Of a stretch of DNA of 64,000 bases, positions 22,886 to 33,784 are shown piece after piece. The notes beneath the pieces are model-generated. The model searched no databases, was not told the origin of the DNA, and saw only the letters and a program-made list of their open reading frames with translations. Location: assembly GCA_000004985.1 (NCBI GenBank), contig GG738881.1; one strand, written 5' to 3'. The stretch's first letter is position 1. Each line of letters begins with the position of its first letter. The stretch comes from Naegleria gruberi (Eukaryota). The position numbers were made by a program, and so were the translations under genes.

Positions 22886-24293
22886 TTACATCATCATTGG
22901 GGATTTGATTTCTTCTGGAGATTCTTGATTGAGAATTTCCTCAATATCAGCAGTTCCAGATTGGTTAAGTTGATTGGCAAGATTATGGTCTAGTTGGATG
23001 GTTGTAGAGATTTTCTCATCGAGGAAGAGAATGGTTTGATTCTCTTGAAGGAAGAGATTGAGAATGATTGGAAGATAGAGTGATATCATTTTGATATGTT
23101 TAGATTCATGATTTTCACTTTCTTGATAGCTGAGGGATTTTGTGAGAATATCAAATTTGAAAATATACTAACCTTAAATTACAAATAAATGTATTTACAG
23201 TATGAACATCGGTGATTTGATTATAAGGTACAAATAATTCAGTCTTATTCTTGTTAGAAGGGTCAATAATAGAGAATCCTGTTTCGTCCAAAATCATATA
23301 CTTTTTGTACCATCTATCATCCTTAATTAAAACTTCCAATGATGAGTGGTCCATATAATTAGGTGTTGAGTCTTTCTTTTCTGTGGTAGTGAACATATTT
23401 ACAAGTGGACCTACACTATAAGAATAGAGTCCAGAGAGATAATAATTGAATGAGGAGCTAGTAGCATTAGAGGCATTATTAGTTGTTGGAATAATAGATT
23501 GTGAGGATGTTTGAGATTGTTGTTGAGCTTCAACCTCTGCAATTGATTTCTTTGAGGTAAAATTTGAAGGTGTCAAACTCTTAATATATGAGAATGGATC
23601 CAATTTTTTACCTCTTGCTGAGTAAATGAGTCGCCCATCAGATTCTGTCTCATCTTCACTGTCCTCTCCATATTGAATTTCCTTCAAGAATCCATTCTCA
23701 TCAACTTTTAATTCAATAGCACGTTCCTTTCTCTTTTTTGAAACGGATCTTGGTTTTGATCCATACATTCTCAATTGATCCAAAACATGATTAATAACCG
23801 AACAAGCATTTGTGATACTCTTCAATCCAATAAAATAGTATGAAGTCAAATTAGTTTGAATCAATAAAACTGATTTAAATAAATAAGTAGTCTTTGATGC
23901 AAGTTGTATATCTTGAAATGGAATAATAATACAATTAGCATGACTTTTCAATTCCTTTTGTTCATTGGGAAGTTGTGTATATACATCTTCCTCTTCAATA
24001 TAACCTCCACCACTATTGCCCATCATCATGGATGAATTAATTCCTGGAACACCACTACCAACAGAAGAAGAATTATCAGCACCTCCCTTACCTCCATATT
24101 CAAATAATACAAATCTCGGAGTGATATACAAAGTACCACCTGATGGAGCCACTGTATAATTCCAATACTGACAAGGAAACTTTTTAATTAATAAAAAGGC
24201 ATGTCTATCATCGGCAATATTCACCACATTATTCATCGTTGCGTGTGTGGATGAGTTTGGAGAACCAACTCGGAACGATGATAAGTGTTGCAT
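22886..24293 (-). CDS. Hypothetical protein. Main exon 23172..24293, candidate 3' exon 22886..23129 via a 42-nt GTTAGT intron
   Basis: 380-aa ORF with no confidently recognisable domain (a C-terminal PH/GRAM-like segment is a guess). An in-frame continuation into ORF 22886..23089 is possible through gttagt...ccctcag. Confidence 0.5.
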
Positions 24294-24507
24294 TTTTTTA
24301 CTAGTTTTTGAAATTTGAATTAATTGGAGCTATTTTTACAAATTGATGAACGTGATGATTTATCATGTTGTTTTGAGATATTTGACCAATTTAGAGACAT
24401 TTTCAAAACTATTTGGTAATATTTGACCAATCAGATATTTGATTGGATAGCTGTGTGCATTGTAATATTGTTGTAAATTGTATTGTGTAATGGTTGACTA
24501 AAATCTT

Positions 24508-25133
24508 TTACATTAGTTGACAATCCCTTGTCTTTGAGAATAATTCTCTTTGGTGATTGTAATAAACAAGTGTTTTGGCAAAAATCTCTGCCAAGTATTT
24601 TGTGCTTCCCTCTCCAGTCATTGCTGAGCTTTCAACATAGGTACAACAACCTGTTGAACGAGCCATCAATTCTCCTTCACTGAAACTGATTGGTGTTGTA
24701 AAGTGTTGAAACTTTAACTCTTTTAGAACTTTTGAACTATTCCTCAAATCAGCCTGGCATCCTATTAAAATGATTGGACTGTCTGGGTTGTAATGTCTAA
24801 TTTCTGGAATCCATTTGTGTTGAATATTCTCAAAACTTATACTGGAAACAGTACTGAAGCAAGCACAAAATAAATCAGTTTCAGGATAACTAAGCGGTTT
24901 TATCCTCTCATAACTATTCCAGTATAATTAAATAGAGAGCATAACCTTTCAGTACTTACTCTTCTTGACCTTCGGTATCCCACAAATAAAAATTACAAAT
25001 CTCCTTATTATTATAATGGTATGAAACACACGAGGTATTATATGAATGATAGTAGAATTGAGGTGCATAACCGAAACCCAAATAGTGGATTAACCAGGTT
25101 TTTCCAATACGTCCATCTCCAGTAAATATCAGA
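24508..25133 (-). CDS. Rac/Rho-family small GTPase with CAAX box (CQLM). Exons 24960..25133 and 24508..24913 (46-nt intron), plus a probable 11-nt start exon 25437..25447 (ATGAATAAATT)
   Basis: LIFTGDGRIGKT (G1), [28 protein letters not shown] (switch II and Rho signature), LIGCQADLR (G4), ESSAMTG (G5), and a C-terminal CQLM. Confidence 0.75.
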
Positions 25134-25165
25134 CTGAAATTAAATTCAAAGGAGATTGATGATGG

Positions 25166-25447
25166 TCAACTTACAATCTTTTTATGATTCGACTGTTGTC
25201 CTTCTGTGCAAACTTCCTTTCTCAAATCCACACCTTTCAAAAGTTCCAAATCATTCTCCTCAATCGTTGATTTAATTTCCTCAAAATGCTGATAAAGTTC
25301 CTCCTTAATGGAATGTTTCTTGGCCACTACTTTACTTCGTTCTTTTAAAGTTTCCTCAATTTCATGTTGAACTTTTTCCTTTAATTCCAAGAATGACTTT
25401 CTCTTATCCATTTCCAAAAATACGTACAGATCATACAATTTATTCAT
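25166..25447 (-). other. 93-codon K/E-rich ORF occupying the putative first intron of the Rho GTPase gene; ends exactly at a gtaagt donor but is out of frame with the GTPase exon
   Basis: MNKLYDLYVFLEMDKRKSFLELKEKVQHEIEETLKERSKVV... reads through from the same ATG as the proposed micro-exon. Coding versus intronic status is unresolved. Confidence 0.3.
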
Positions 25448-25638
25448 TCTTTCGAATATTATTTATGAAACTCAAAATTCCTCAATTAAAGAGAAATGGA
25501 GGTGTTTCAAGAAGAAGGAATGGAACTGGTGCATAAAAAGAACCCTAATATTATTTTGTATTGGTTCTGGTTGTATGGTTATCCGTTTAGAATAAACTTA
25601 AAAACAGATTGTGAAAAGTGATTTCGAATAAATAAAAA

Positions 25639-27129
25639 ATGAACAGCATAACCAAGGCAAGACCTTGGAGACTTGCTGCAGCAATTTTAGGTATCATCTT
25701 TGTGGGTGTTTTACTATTCGAAATGATGCAGATTCGTGTAAAACCAACCTCGAAACCACCAACAATAATAGAAGTAGATCCAGTAACTACTACTACTTTG
25801 ACTAAACCTAAACAACCAGAAAAGGAATTTACAATCTGGTCAACAAGTTATCGTATGTATTATTAGTTTCGTCTAGTTTCGAATAATAATAATTTTCGAT
25901 TAGATATTTCACCGATCGAATGCTTGAAACATTTTCTTGAAAACGACTTCCGAAAGAAAACAGGAAGAAAGGTAAAAATCATTAACAAATCACTAAGTGG
26001 TCACTGTCACATCCCAAAGACATGTGCCAAAGATTTAAAAGTTTTGAATAGTGGAAATGGAGGATTTACTCCATGCAGAGAAAAAATTGGTGAAAAATTA
26101 TATGAAGCATACAAACAAGACGATGAATTCGCTTCAGTTGACTTGGTAATGTGTGATCACAATATTGCCATGTGTGAATTATATATGGCATTTGACAAGC
26201 CAATGGTTCTTCAAGCAACAACTCGTTATGAATTGTGGAGACATAGTCCAAGTGAATGGCAAAATTTAAATCAAAATCTTGAAAAAATTGTTGCTAAAAA
26301 GCACAATTCAATTGTGGCAAATAATTTATTCGATGCAAATTATGTTCAATATTTCACAGGACTTAAAATTCCAGTTTTTGATTCATATTGTGCATATACT
26401 GCTGATGAGGGAACTTATAATCCAACTAGAAGTGAATTCTTGATTGGACCATCTAGATCTTCTGCAAGTGGAGCTTTCTTTGAAACAATTAATAGATTAA
26501 TTTCTCAAGATGGAAATAAGATTCAAATTAAGGGAATTCGTCAATTGTACAGCCATTTCAAATATTCTGACTTGGCCGCTCATCCAGCCATTATTATTAT
26601 TCCATATCAAGTATCAGTTATGAGCTTTTTCGAATATTATAGAATGAATATTCCAATGTATGCTCCATCTATTGAATTATTAACTAAATGGCATGTTGAC
26701 ACTCGTATTTTGAGTGAAAGAACATGGGGTTTGGTTGGTTCTGGAGGTAATGTTGGAGCTAAAGGATCTCCTTCAGAAATGAAGAAACACCCAAATGCCA
26801 ATCTTCCAAACTTTGATCCAAACAATGATGTTGATTATACTAGTGTCTTATTTTGGAATCAATACTCTGATTTCTATCAATGGCCTAATATTATTACATT
26901 CAGTTCATGGGAAGATTTATTTGCCAAATTGAAGGGAACTACACTTGACGATTATAAGGAAATCAGCAAAAAGATGGCCATGTATAATGCTGAAGTTAGT
27001 GATTCCCTTGTCAGAAAGTGGCTTGATGTTATTGAAAGAGCTGAAAGTAAGAAGGACAAAAATCAAAAATCAACATTGACTTTTGAACAAGCAATGAAAA
27101 ACCATTGGAATATTGATATGAAATGTTAA
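25639..27129 (+). CDS. Type II (signal-anchor) membrane protein of unknown function, possibly glycosyltransferase-like. Exons 25639..25852, 25904..27129
   Basis: N-terminal WRLAAAILGIIFVGVLLF anchor, Pro/Thr stem, then a ~400-aa lumenal domain. One 51-nt intron (gtatgt...gattag). Confidence 0.6.
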
Positions 27130-27196
27130 TCTAGATTTTAGTATAAATATTTAATATTTAAAATTATTATATCACGATTGTGTGTCTTATGTAAAC

Positions 27197-29192
27197 TTAA
27201 TTACAGCATACACTAACACAACAAACTGTGACATCATCTGATTTTCCATGGCGTTTAAATTCTCCTGTCATTTTGCTTAAACCCATGGAGAACGGTGTAT
27301 GGATTGGTAAATTCTGAGAGCTATATCTCTTGACAGCTTCCTGAACTAATTTTTTAGCAATACTATGACAACTAGTTCCAGCTTTCATTATCTTTAAGAT
27401 ATCTTGGTCAAATAAATTATCAAAAAGTCCATCTGTTGCAAGGATGATAAAATCACCTTCTCGTAATGTGCAACAATTAATTTGTAAATCAGCACTACTT
27501 GGATCGTCCTTTATCAGCTCATCACTGTCCAATTCTGGCGGTATGATGGACAATTGATAAGGTGCATTAAAGTAGTGTTGTTGTTCCTTAGTTCTGTAAA
27601 TAACCTTATTCTTCTGTTTGTTTACGACTGCAAAGCCTGAATCTCCTAGGTTGGCATATGATAATTGGTACAAGTTTTGAGGAAGAGGTTTAAGGAAGAG
27701 AACGCAAGCAGTTGTTCCTCCAGCCTTCACTTGATTCAGTTCAGTCATTAATCTAAAAGCTCTTTCTAACAGTATTTTTGGATGAATAACTTGAGGAAGT
27801 TCCAATGCTTTCATTACAGTTGATTCATATTCTTTAGGTATTGTGTAATTATTCTCTGAAATGATTTGATTGATTTGGTCTGCACAGAGTAGCATTTTAC
27901 AATTCCACATTAATTGACGTGATACTAAGGATGGATCAATTTCGAATGCCATCCAACCGCCTACTCCATCTGCAATGCCAAAACTATAAACTTCATGTTT
28001 TGTACTATAACAACAATAGTATGCATCTTCACCTGTTGGGTGAGTAGATTCATCACACATTGGTTTTTGTTTGCTGTAAACTGAAACTTTGAGAGCTTTT
28101 TCACTTGTAGCTGCTCCACCATTTGGATCATTTGGATTTGCAGCGTTATTTGCCTTCTTAATTCTATATTGTAAATTCAATTTGTTTTTCGGAATTGGTG
28201 GTGGTGAGAGGAGAGGAACTTTGGTGGGAGAGATTGAATCATATTGTTTCATTGGTCCGGTTGTTGACTGTACATCGAAAGAGTTCTATTATTTCAAATA
28301 TGATATTCCACCAACATTACCAAAATATCAAATAATTGTTTGGATAGGATTTTCAAATATTTAGCAATGAGACAACAGTACTTACCTTTGATAAGGTCGC
28401 ATGTGGTGTAATGTATGAGGCCTCAACATCAATCTCTTCTTCATCTTCAACATAATGTGAGGCTGTTATTGGAGTTAGGGGTTGCTTATTTGAAAGGGTT
28501 AGAGGTGCTATTGGACGAGAAGATGGTGATAGAGATTGAAAATCTCTTCGCTCACCATCTTTCTTCCTTCCCAATGGTGTAAGAGGTTGCTTATTGGAGA
28601 GAGAACCAAGAGTGCCCGAATTTCCAGTTGCATTGACACTGAAAGAATTCCTCATTGGTGCATGATGGTCTCCAACATTTCCTGCTGATGAAATTGATCT
28701 CTTACTATTACCTCCTCCTGTAGATGAGAAGAAATGTATGAGAGGGGATGAGTTAGGTTTTGGTGAGGTAACTTTTGGATCCAGTGCTCCTGAAGAATTT
28801 GTATTTCCACTACCTGTTGTTCCAATACTACTACTAAGAGAATTTAATTTGTTTTTACCTCCTGGCTTGGCAGAGGATAATTGTTTTGATCGAGAAGAAC
28901 CCGATGGTGTACTCGAAGAAACAATAGCAACAATTCCACTACCACCCGAAGATGGCGAACCACTATTTCCAAATCCATTTACACTACCACCAACAACAAT
29001 ACCACTACTTCCCACACCTCCACCAAGAGGTCGTGCAGAGAAGGAAGGAGATGAAGATCGAATGCCTGCTGTAGTTCCCTTCTTCATTTTTACTTGTTGG
29101 AGAAAATTTTGAGAAGTTGTGTTGTTGCTATTGCTTGGCGTTGCTGGTCTGCCAGTTATTTCAATACCAGGGAATGGTTTTAAATTGTACAT
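27197..29192 (-). CDS. PP2C-family protein phosphatase (PPTC7-like) with Ser/Gly-rich N-terminal region. Exons 28386..29192, 27197..28265 (alternative acceptor at 28283)
   Basis: FGIADGVGGW, GGTTACVLF and ILATDGLFDNL are PP2C motifs. The N-terminal 279-aa low-complexity ORF joins in frame through a 102-120-nt gtaagt intron. Confidence 0.75.
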
Positions 29193-29195
29193 GAT

Positions 29196-29210
29196 TTTGG
29201 CGCGAAAAAA
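29196..29210. promoter_or_regulatory. Canonical E2F-type site TTTTGGCGCGAAAAA in the divergent promoter between the PP2C and TALE homeobox genes
   Basis: Perfect TTTGGCGCGAAA core a few nt upstream of the PP2C start codon on the opposite strand. Confidence 0.4.
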
Positions 29211-29890
29211 ATAGGAACAGTTGTTTTTTGACTCTTATGCTGCCTTATTAATGAGGTGCTCTTGTACGGCAATTAACTTGGACAGTGTGCTCTGTCCTTG
29301 AAGACTTGATATGAGTTTGAGGAAAGGAATCGGAGAGTGAGAGGATTGCTTTTCAATAATAATGGGTCGAGTGTTTTATCTTGTTGCTCCTCTGTTATGA
29401 TAATGATGGCCTGAGACTGAGGTTCTTTGATTTACCCAATGAAGTGCTAAATGATGTGTTCTTATTCTTTTTGGAGATGTAAATGAAGATGTCTGGGCGG
29501 ATTTTCAGAAAATTATGATAATGATGGCAAAACACAAGCATTATCAAGTTCAAATATTCAACAAGTTGTTTATCAAGTGACTGGCGATTGAGAGAGATTG
29601 AAACAGCAACTCGATTGGTGCTCTTTTTTTAGAGAAGTTGATTGTCTAAAAAGATAGTACTAGAAATTAATACGAAAATGAAGAGATTGTGATCTTAATT
29701 GGAAGTTTTCAGTGAGGAGAAAACAATATTCGAAATTAAAGAGTATTCAAAGAGATGTAAACTGGATCTGTCAAGATTTCATTACCAGTATCAAGGTTTA
29801 AGTACTGAAACAAGTAAGCAAACAACCAACTGCTACTGCCACCAACACACCTAAGAATGAATAACGATTTTGCCTCTGTGCACAGAAACT

Positions 29891-30961
29891 ATGGGAAACG
29901 AAGATGTTATTTTTGGTCTTACATGTTGCAAGTCAACGTCAGCCATCATTACAAAAAAAACGTTAGAAAAAAAAATGGCAACTCAAAATATTATTCATCA
30001 CCCTCTGTATCCTTCGGTGCTTGCCAGTCAAAGTGTTACCATTGCGGATGGTCATCGTCACTATAAAAACATTTCCGCACAACCAACAACAGTGACAAGT
30101 GAAGACATTAAGAGAAAGTTACATGAAATTGGTGACAGTGAAATTCCGAATCAAACACAAACTTCAATTGATGTCTCTGTACAAAATGATAACGGTTCTA
30201 TCATCAATCAATTATTTAGTAGTTATTTACAACAAACTTCATATCCTACAATTATTGAAAGTGAGCTTCCTACACTTTCAGAACCACAACCATCACAAGC
30301 CGATGATGTGTTAATTGGCATGACAGCAATGCACACTCTTGCAAAGATTGAACTACAAAGCTTGTATAATTTATGTGAGGATTATATTGACAGAATGCAT
30401 CACACTTTACATATTGAAAAACAAAACGCCAAACAAAATGCCAAACAAAAAGTACAATATCCTTTAGTTTATACCGGATCCAGTATTGCTGGTTTTAACA
30501 GTCAAGGAGGTAACTTGGCATTTGGTCAATCAAGTGGAGACGATCAAACAGATCAAATGGATCAAAATGATAATGGTTCTGATGGATCTGGACTTGATGA
30601 TGATTACTCATTATCTGATATGAAGAAACCAGAAGATGTTGTTAAGGAATTGAAGAAACGTTATTCTGGAGAAGTTTTAAATCTTGCTAAAAAGAAGAAG
30701 AATTTCTGTAAATCATCAACAGACGTATTAAATGTTTGGTTTTTCCAACATTTACATGATCCATATCCAAGTGATGATGAAAAGAGAGTTCTTTCACAAC
30801 AAACTGGACTCTCACTTTCTCAAGTTAACAATTGGTTTGGTAACAAGAGAATGAGATATAAGCGTAAAATGTTGGAACAAAATAGAAAGAATGGAAAATC
30901 TCAAGAGGACGAATCTCAACAATTACAATTCCATAATGATCAAGATTTTAATTTTAATTAA
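29891..30961 (+). CDS. TALE-class homeodomain transcription factor
   Basis: Homeodomain NVWFFQHLHDPYPSDDEKRVLSQQTGLSLSQVNNWFGNKRMRYKRK with the three-residue PYP loop insertion, an acidic upstream region and Q-rich low complexity. Single exon; ATG at 29891. Confidence 0.85.
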   Translation: MGNEDVIFGLTCCKSTSAIITKKTLEKKMATQNIIHHPLYPSVLASQSVTIADGHRHYKNISAQPTTVTSEDIKRKLHEIGDSEIPNQTQTSIDVSVQNDNGSIINQLFSSYLQQTSYPTIIESELPTLSEPQPSQADDVLIGMTAMHTLAKIELQSLYNLCEDYIDRMHHTLHIEKQNAKQNAKQKVQYPLVYTGSSIAGFNSQGGNLAFGQSSGDDQTDQMDQNDNGSDGSGLDDDYSLSDMKKPEDVVKELKKRYSGEVLNLAKKKKNFCKSSTDVLNVWFFQHLHDPYPSDDEKRVLSQQTGLSLSQVNNWFGNKRMRYKRKMLEQNRKNGKSQEDESQQLQFHNDQDFNFN

Positions 30962-30986
30962 GTTTTTGTAAATTTGTAAATAAAAA

Positions 30987-32425
30987 CTACCAAGCAAAGT
31001 GAACTAGATAACCACAACCAATACCAATTGCTGATCCAAACAACAATCCAGTATTAAGGAAAAAGTTCATCAGGTAGGCTGCCTTTTCTTGTTCTCCAGT
31101 TTTAACAACTGATGGACCACTTGCCATACCAATTGAACAGCAATAACCATTGGTCAAACCAAAGAGAGCTAAAATAATACTAAACCAAATTGGTTGAGTA
31201 ATATAAAGTGGATTAACACAGAAAATAATCACTGGAACAAATCCCAATCTAAGTAAAATTAAAATCCACAATTGTTTGTGAGTAAGCAGAATTGTTCTCT
31301 TCCAGTTTGGTAAAGCTCTTCCAATACAATCAAAAATATTGAAAATTGAAAGAGTAATAATTGGATTCCAAGACATGTGAATATCCTTTCCCTCGTTAAT
31401 GTATCTGATATCAGTAATCAAACCAGGTGTCAGTGAAAATGTAGTAAGGAAGGTAACAAAAATACCAAGACCAGGAGACCACAACTTTCTCATGAGAGAC
31501 AACCAAGTAATACCAAAATCATTCATATTCACACTAATATCTGGTACTTCTGCCTTTTCAGTAATCAAGCTTTGAGTATCAAGATCTTCAGTAATATCAT
31601 CACCATCTCCATTTAAATTTCCAATAGAGGCAATACTCTGTGGAGCATCTTCATTGGATCCTGAGAAATTATCTTCTTCCTTCNNNNNNNNNNNNNNNNN
31701 NNNNNNNNNNNNNNNNNNNNNNNNNNNNNNNNNNNNNNNNNNNNNNNNNNNNNNNNNNNNNNNNNNNNNNNNNNNNNNNNNNNNNNNNNNNNNNNNNNNN
31801 NNNNNNNATTCAAACAAATGACACAAGTCAACATGAATATCTTATCATAGGTTTGTTCATTATTATTAAATCCATATTGATTGACTAAAATCACATTAAT
31901 AAACAATGTGACCAATACACAAACAAAATTCAATGCATATCCTAGGAAAATAAATTGTTCTACTGTAAATGTTTGTGCTTTTAAAGTATGTACAGATTTC
32001 CTCCACATGAATATTGTATAAATTATCATTGAAGTCAATTGTCCTATATTAAATCCAAAACTAAGTATATATTCTAAAAAGTCAAAAAGATTGAAACTAT
32101 CTGGTGATGGTGTCGGAAATATCAAAGTAAACCAATCGACAGATAATTGAAAACAAATTCCAGGAACCAAGATACCCGATCCCATCAATAAAAACATAAT
32201 TCTAGCCATTGAATAAGCATCTCTAGGAATGGTCTTTTCAAACTTTTTAGGATTTTCCTTTCTATGAACTACCTCAGCAAATGAAACACTATATCTTCGT
32301 ATTCCATCTCCATCTTGATTATTTTGTGAAATTTGTTGTTGATGTTGTTGGTGTTTATTCACGCTCACCAAACTAACATCCTCATCTTCATCTCCTCCGA
32401 TAGCTTCATACTCATGTCTATTCAT
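30987..32425 (-). CDS. Equilibrative nucleoside transporter (ENT/SLC29 family), interrupted by an assembly gap
   Basis: Multiple TM helices and ENT-like blocks on both sides of the N-run (MARIMFLLMGSGILVPG; GLTNGYCCSIGMASGPS). The two ORF halves are in the same orientation. Confidence 0.75.
31684..31807. other. Assembly gap (124 N) inside the ENT gene
   Basis: Run of N characters. Confidence 0.99.
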
Positions 32426-32693
32426 TTTTTTAAAGCTGTTTGCTTGTAATTTTCAATGCATTTCTTGTTTTGTAGTGATGACTAGATATTTTCTTGATTC
32501 TTTTAGAGGAGGTGGTACTGTACTTGTGGTGGTTTCTAGTTTGACTAGTTGAACGTACCCAAATAGTTTGTGCATGACCACAAGTGTGTTGGATGACAAA
32601 TTATTGTCTACAGTAGTTAACGAGCAATTACAAAATGCATTTCTTGTCATTTGCATAGCAACAGAGAGTAAATGAATGAAAATAAGATTTATT

Positions 32694-33608
32694 TTACTTG
32701 CCTCTCGACCTTTTACCTGGTCTCTTCTTGGAGATGGCATTATTCTTCTTTTGTTGAGCTCCACCTTTAGAGAATCTTTCCTTTTTATCAGACAATCCTT
32801 GTATCTTTTTATATTCTTCAGTAGCCTTATCAACATCAAATTCTTTACCACTTCCTGAATGAGTTCTTCGCCAATGGTCAATAGCATCAATATCAGTCTT
32901 CTTTTGATGAATCTTTTCCTTAATTCTTTCAGCTTTTAATTGTTTTCCGATCTTTTGTTGTTCCTTTCTTTGTCTTCTCTTTTCTCTTTCTTCAATGACC
33001 TTTCTAGATTGAACCAATTTGTTTCTAATCTTGGCCATATGTTCATCAGACTTGACCATTTCAGCAAAATAGTCATCTGGTCTGTGAATAGCAATTCCCA
33101 ATGTGTGTAATTGTTTAAAACCTTCCTTAGCACTAGTGACAGCTTGATTATAGAATTGAATTTCTCTATCAATATCATCTTCATGATTTTCAACTTTCAC
33201 AGGTGTAGGTGATGTAAGTTGTAAAGTAAAAACCCAATCCAAATTCTTTGTTTGAATAGGTAATTTGTTCATACAAGCTTTAACAGCATCAACATCAAAA
33301 ACTTCCTTTGTATCTCTCAAAAACATTTGGGAAATTGAAGCCGAGTCTTCACCTTCACCATTTTCCATTTTCTCGATTCTTCTTTGGGCTTCCATCAGGT
33401 TTTTATAGGCTTCCAGTTCGGCTTCTTCTAATTCTACATCATCAATTAATAATTCATCGTTTCTATATTTATCCGCATATGCTGCTAAATATTTATCATC
33501 ATCAACATTATTATATTCAAAGTTAAGTTGTTTGATTTGGTTTTTTGATGATGCTGAGAAATCCCTCTCAATTTCTGCCAGTGTTGCCAAGTTGCTCATT
33601 TTTTTCAA
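32694..33608 (-). CDS. Probable rRNA-processing protein EBP2 (EBNA1BP2 homologue)
   Basis: LHTLGIAIHRPDDYFAEMVKSDEHMAKIRNKLV plus coiled-coil and a basic K/R tail are typical of Ebp2. Single exon. Confidence 0.6.
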   Translation of the reverse strand: MKKMSNLATLAEIERDFSASSKNQIKQLNFEYNNVDDDKYLAAYADKYRNDELLIDDVELEEAELEAYKNLMEAQRRIEKMENGEGEDSASISQMFLRDTKEVFDVDAVKACMNKLPIQTKNLDWVFTLQLTSPTPVKVENHEDDIDREIQFYNQAVTSAKEGFKQLHTLGIAIHRPDDYFAEMVKSDEHMAKIRNKLVQSRKVIEEREKRRQRKEQQKIGKQLKAERIKEKIHQKKTDIDAIDHWRRTHSGSGKEFDVDKATEEYKKIQGLSDKKERFSKGGAQQKKNNAISKKRPGKRSRGK

Positions 33609-33784
33609 AAATTTGTTCTTCTTTTTATTTTTACCTTCAATTATTTATTGAAGAGAAGAAACTGTGATGATGGTGAAGAGAAATTTATTCTTTAATTCTT
33701 CAATAATGGGAAAGAATATTGGTAAGATAATTTGGATATATTCGGAACTTGTTGTTTAATAATTACAGAAAATAAATAGATTTA

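Noticed and set aside
32453-32890. 145-aa minus ORF overlapping the 3' part of the EBP2-like gene
   Set aside because: Different frame from the well-supported EBP2-like CDS, with no conserved features. Likely spurious.
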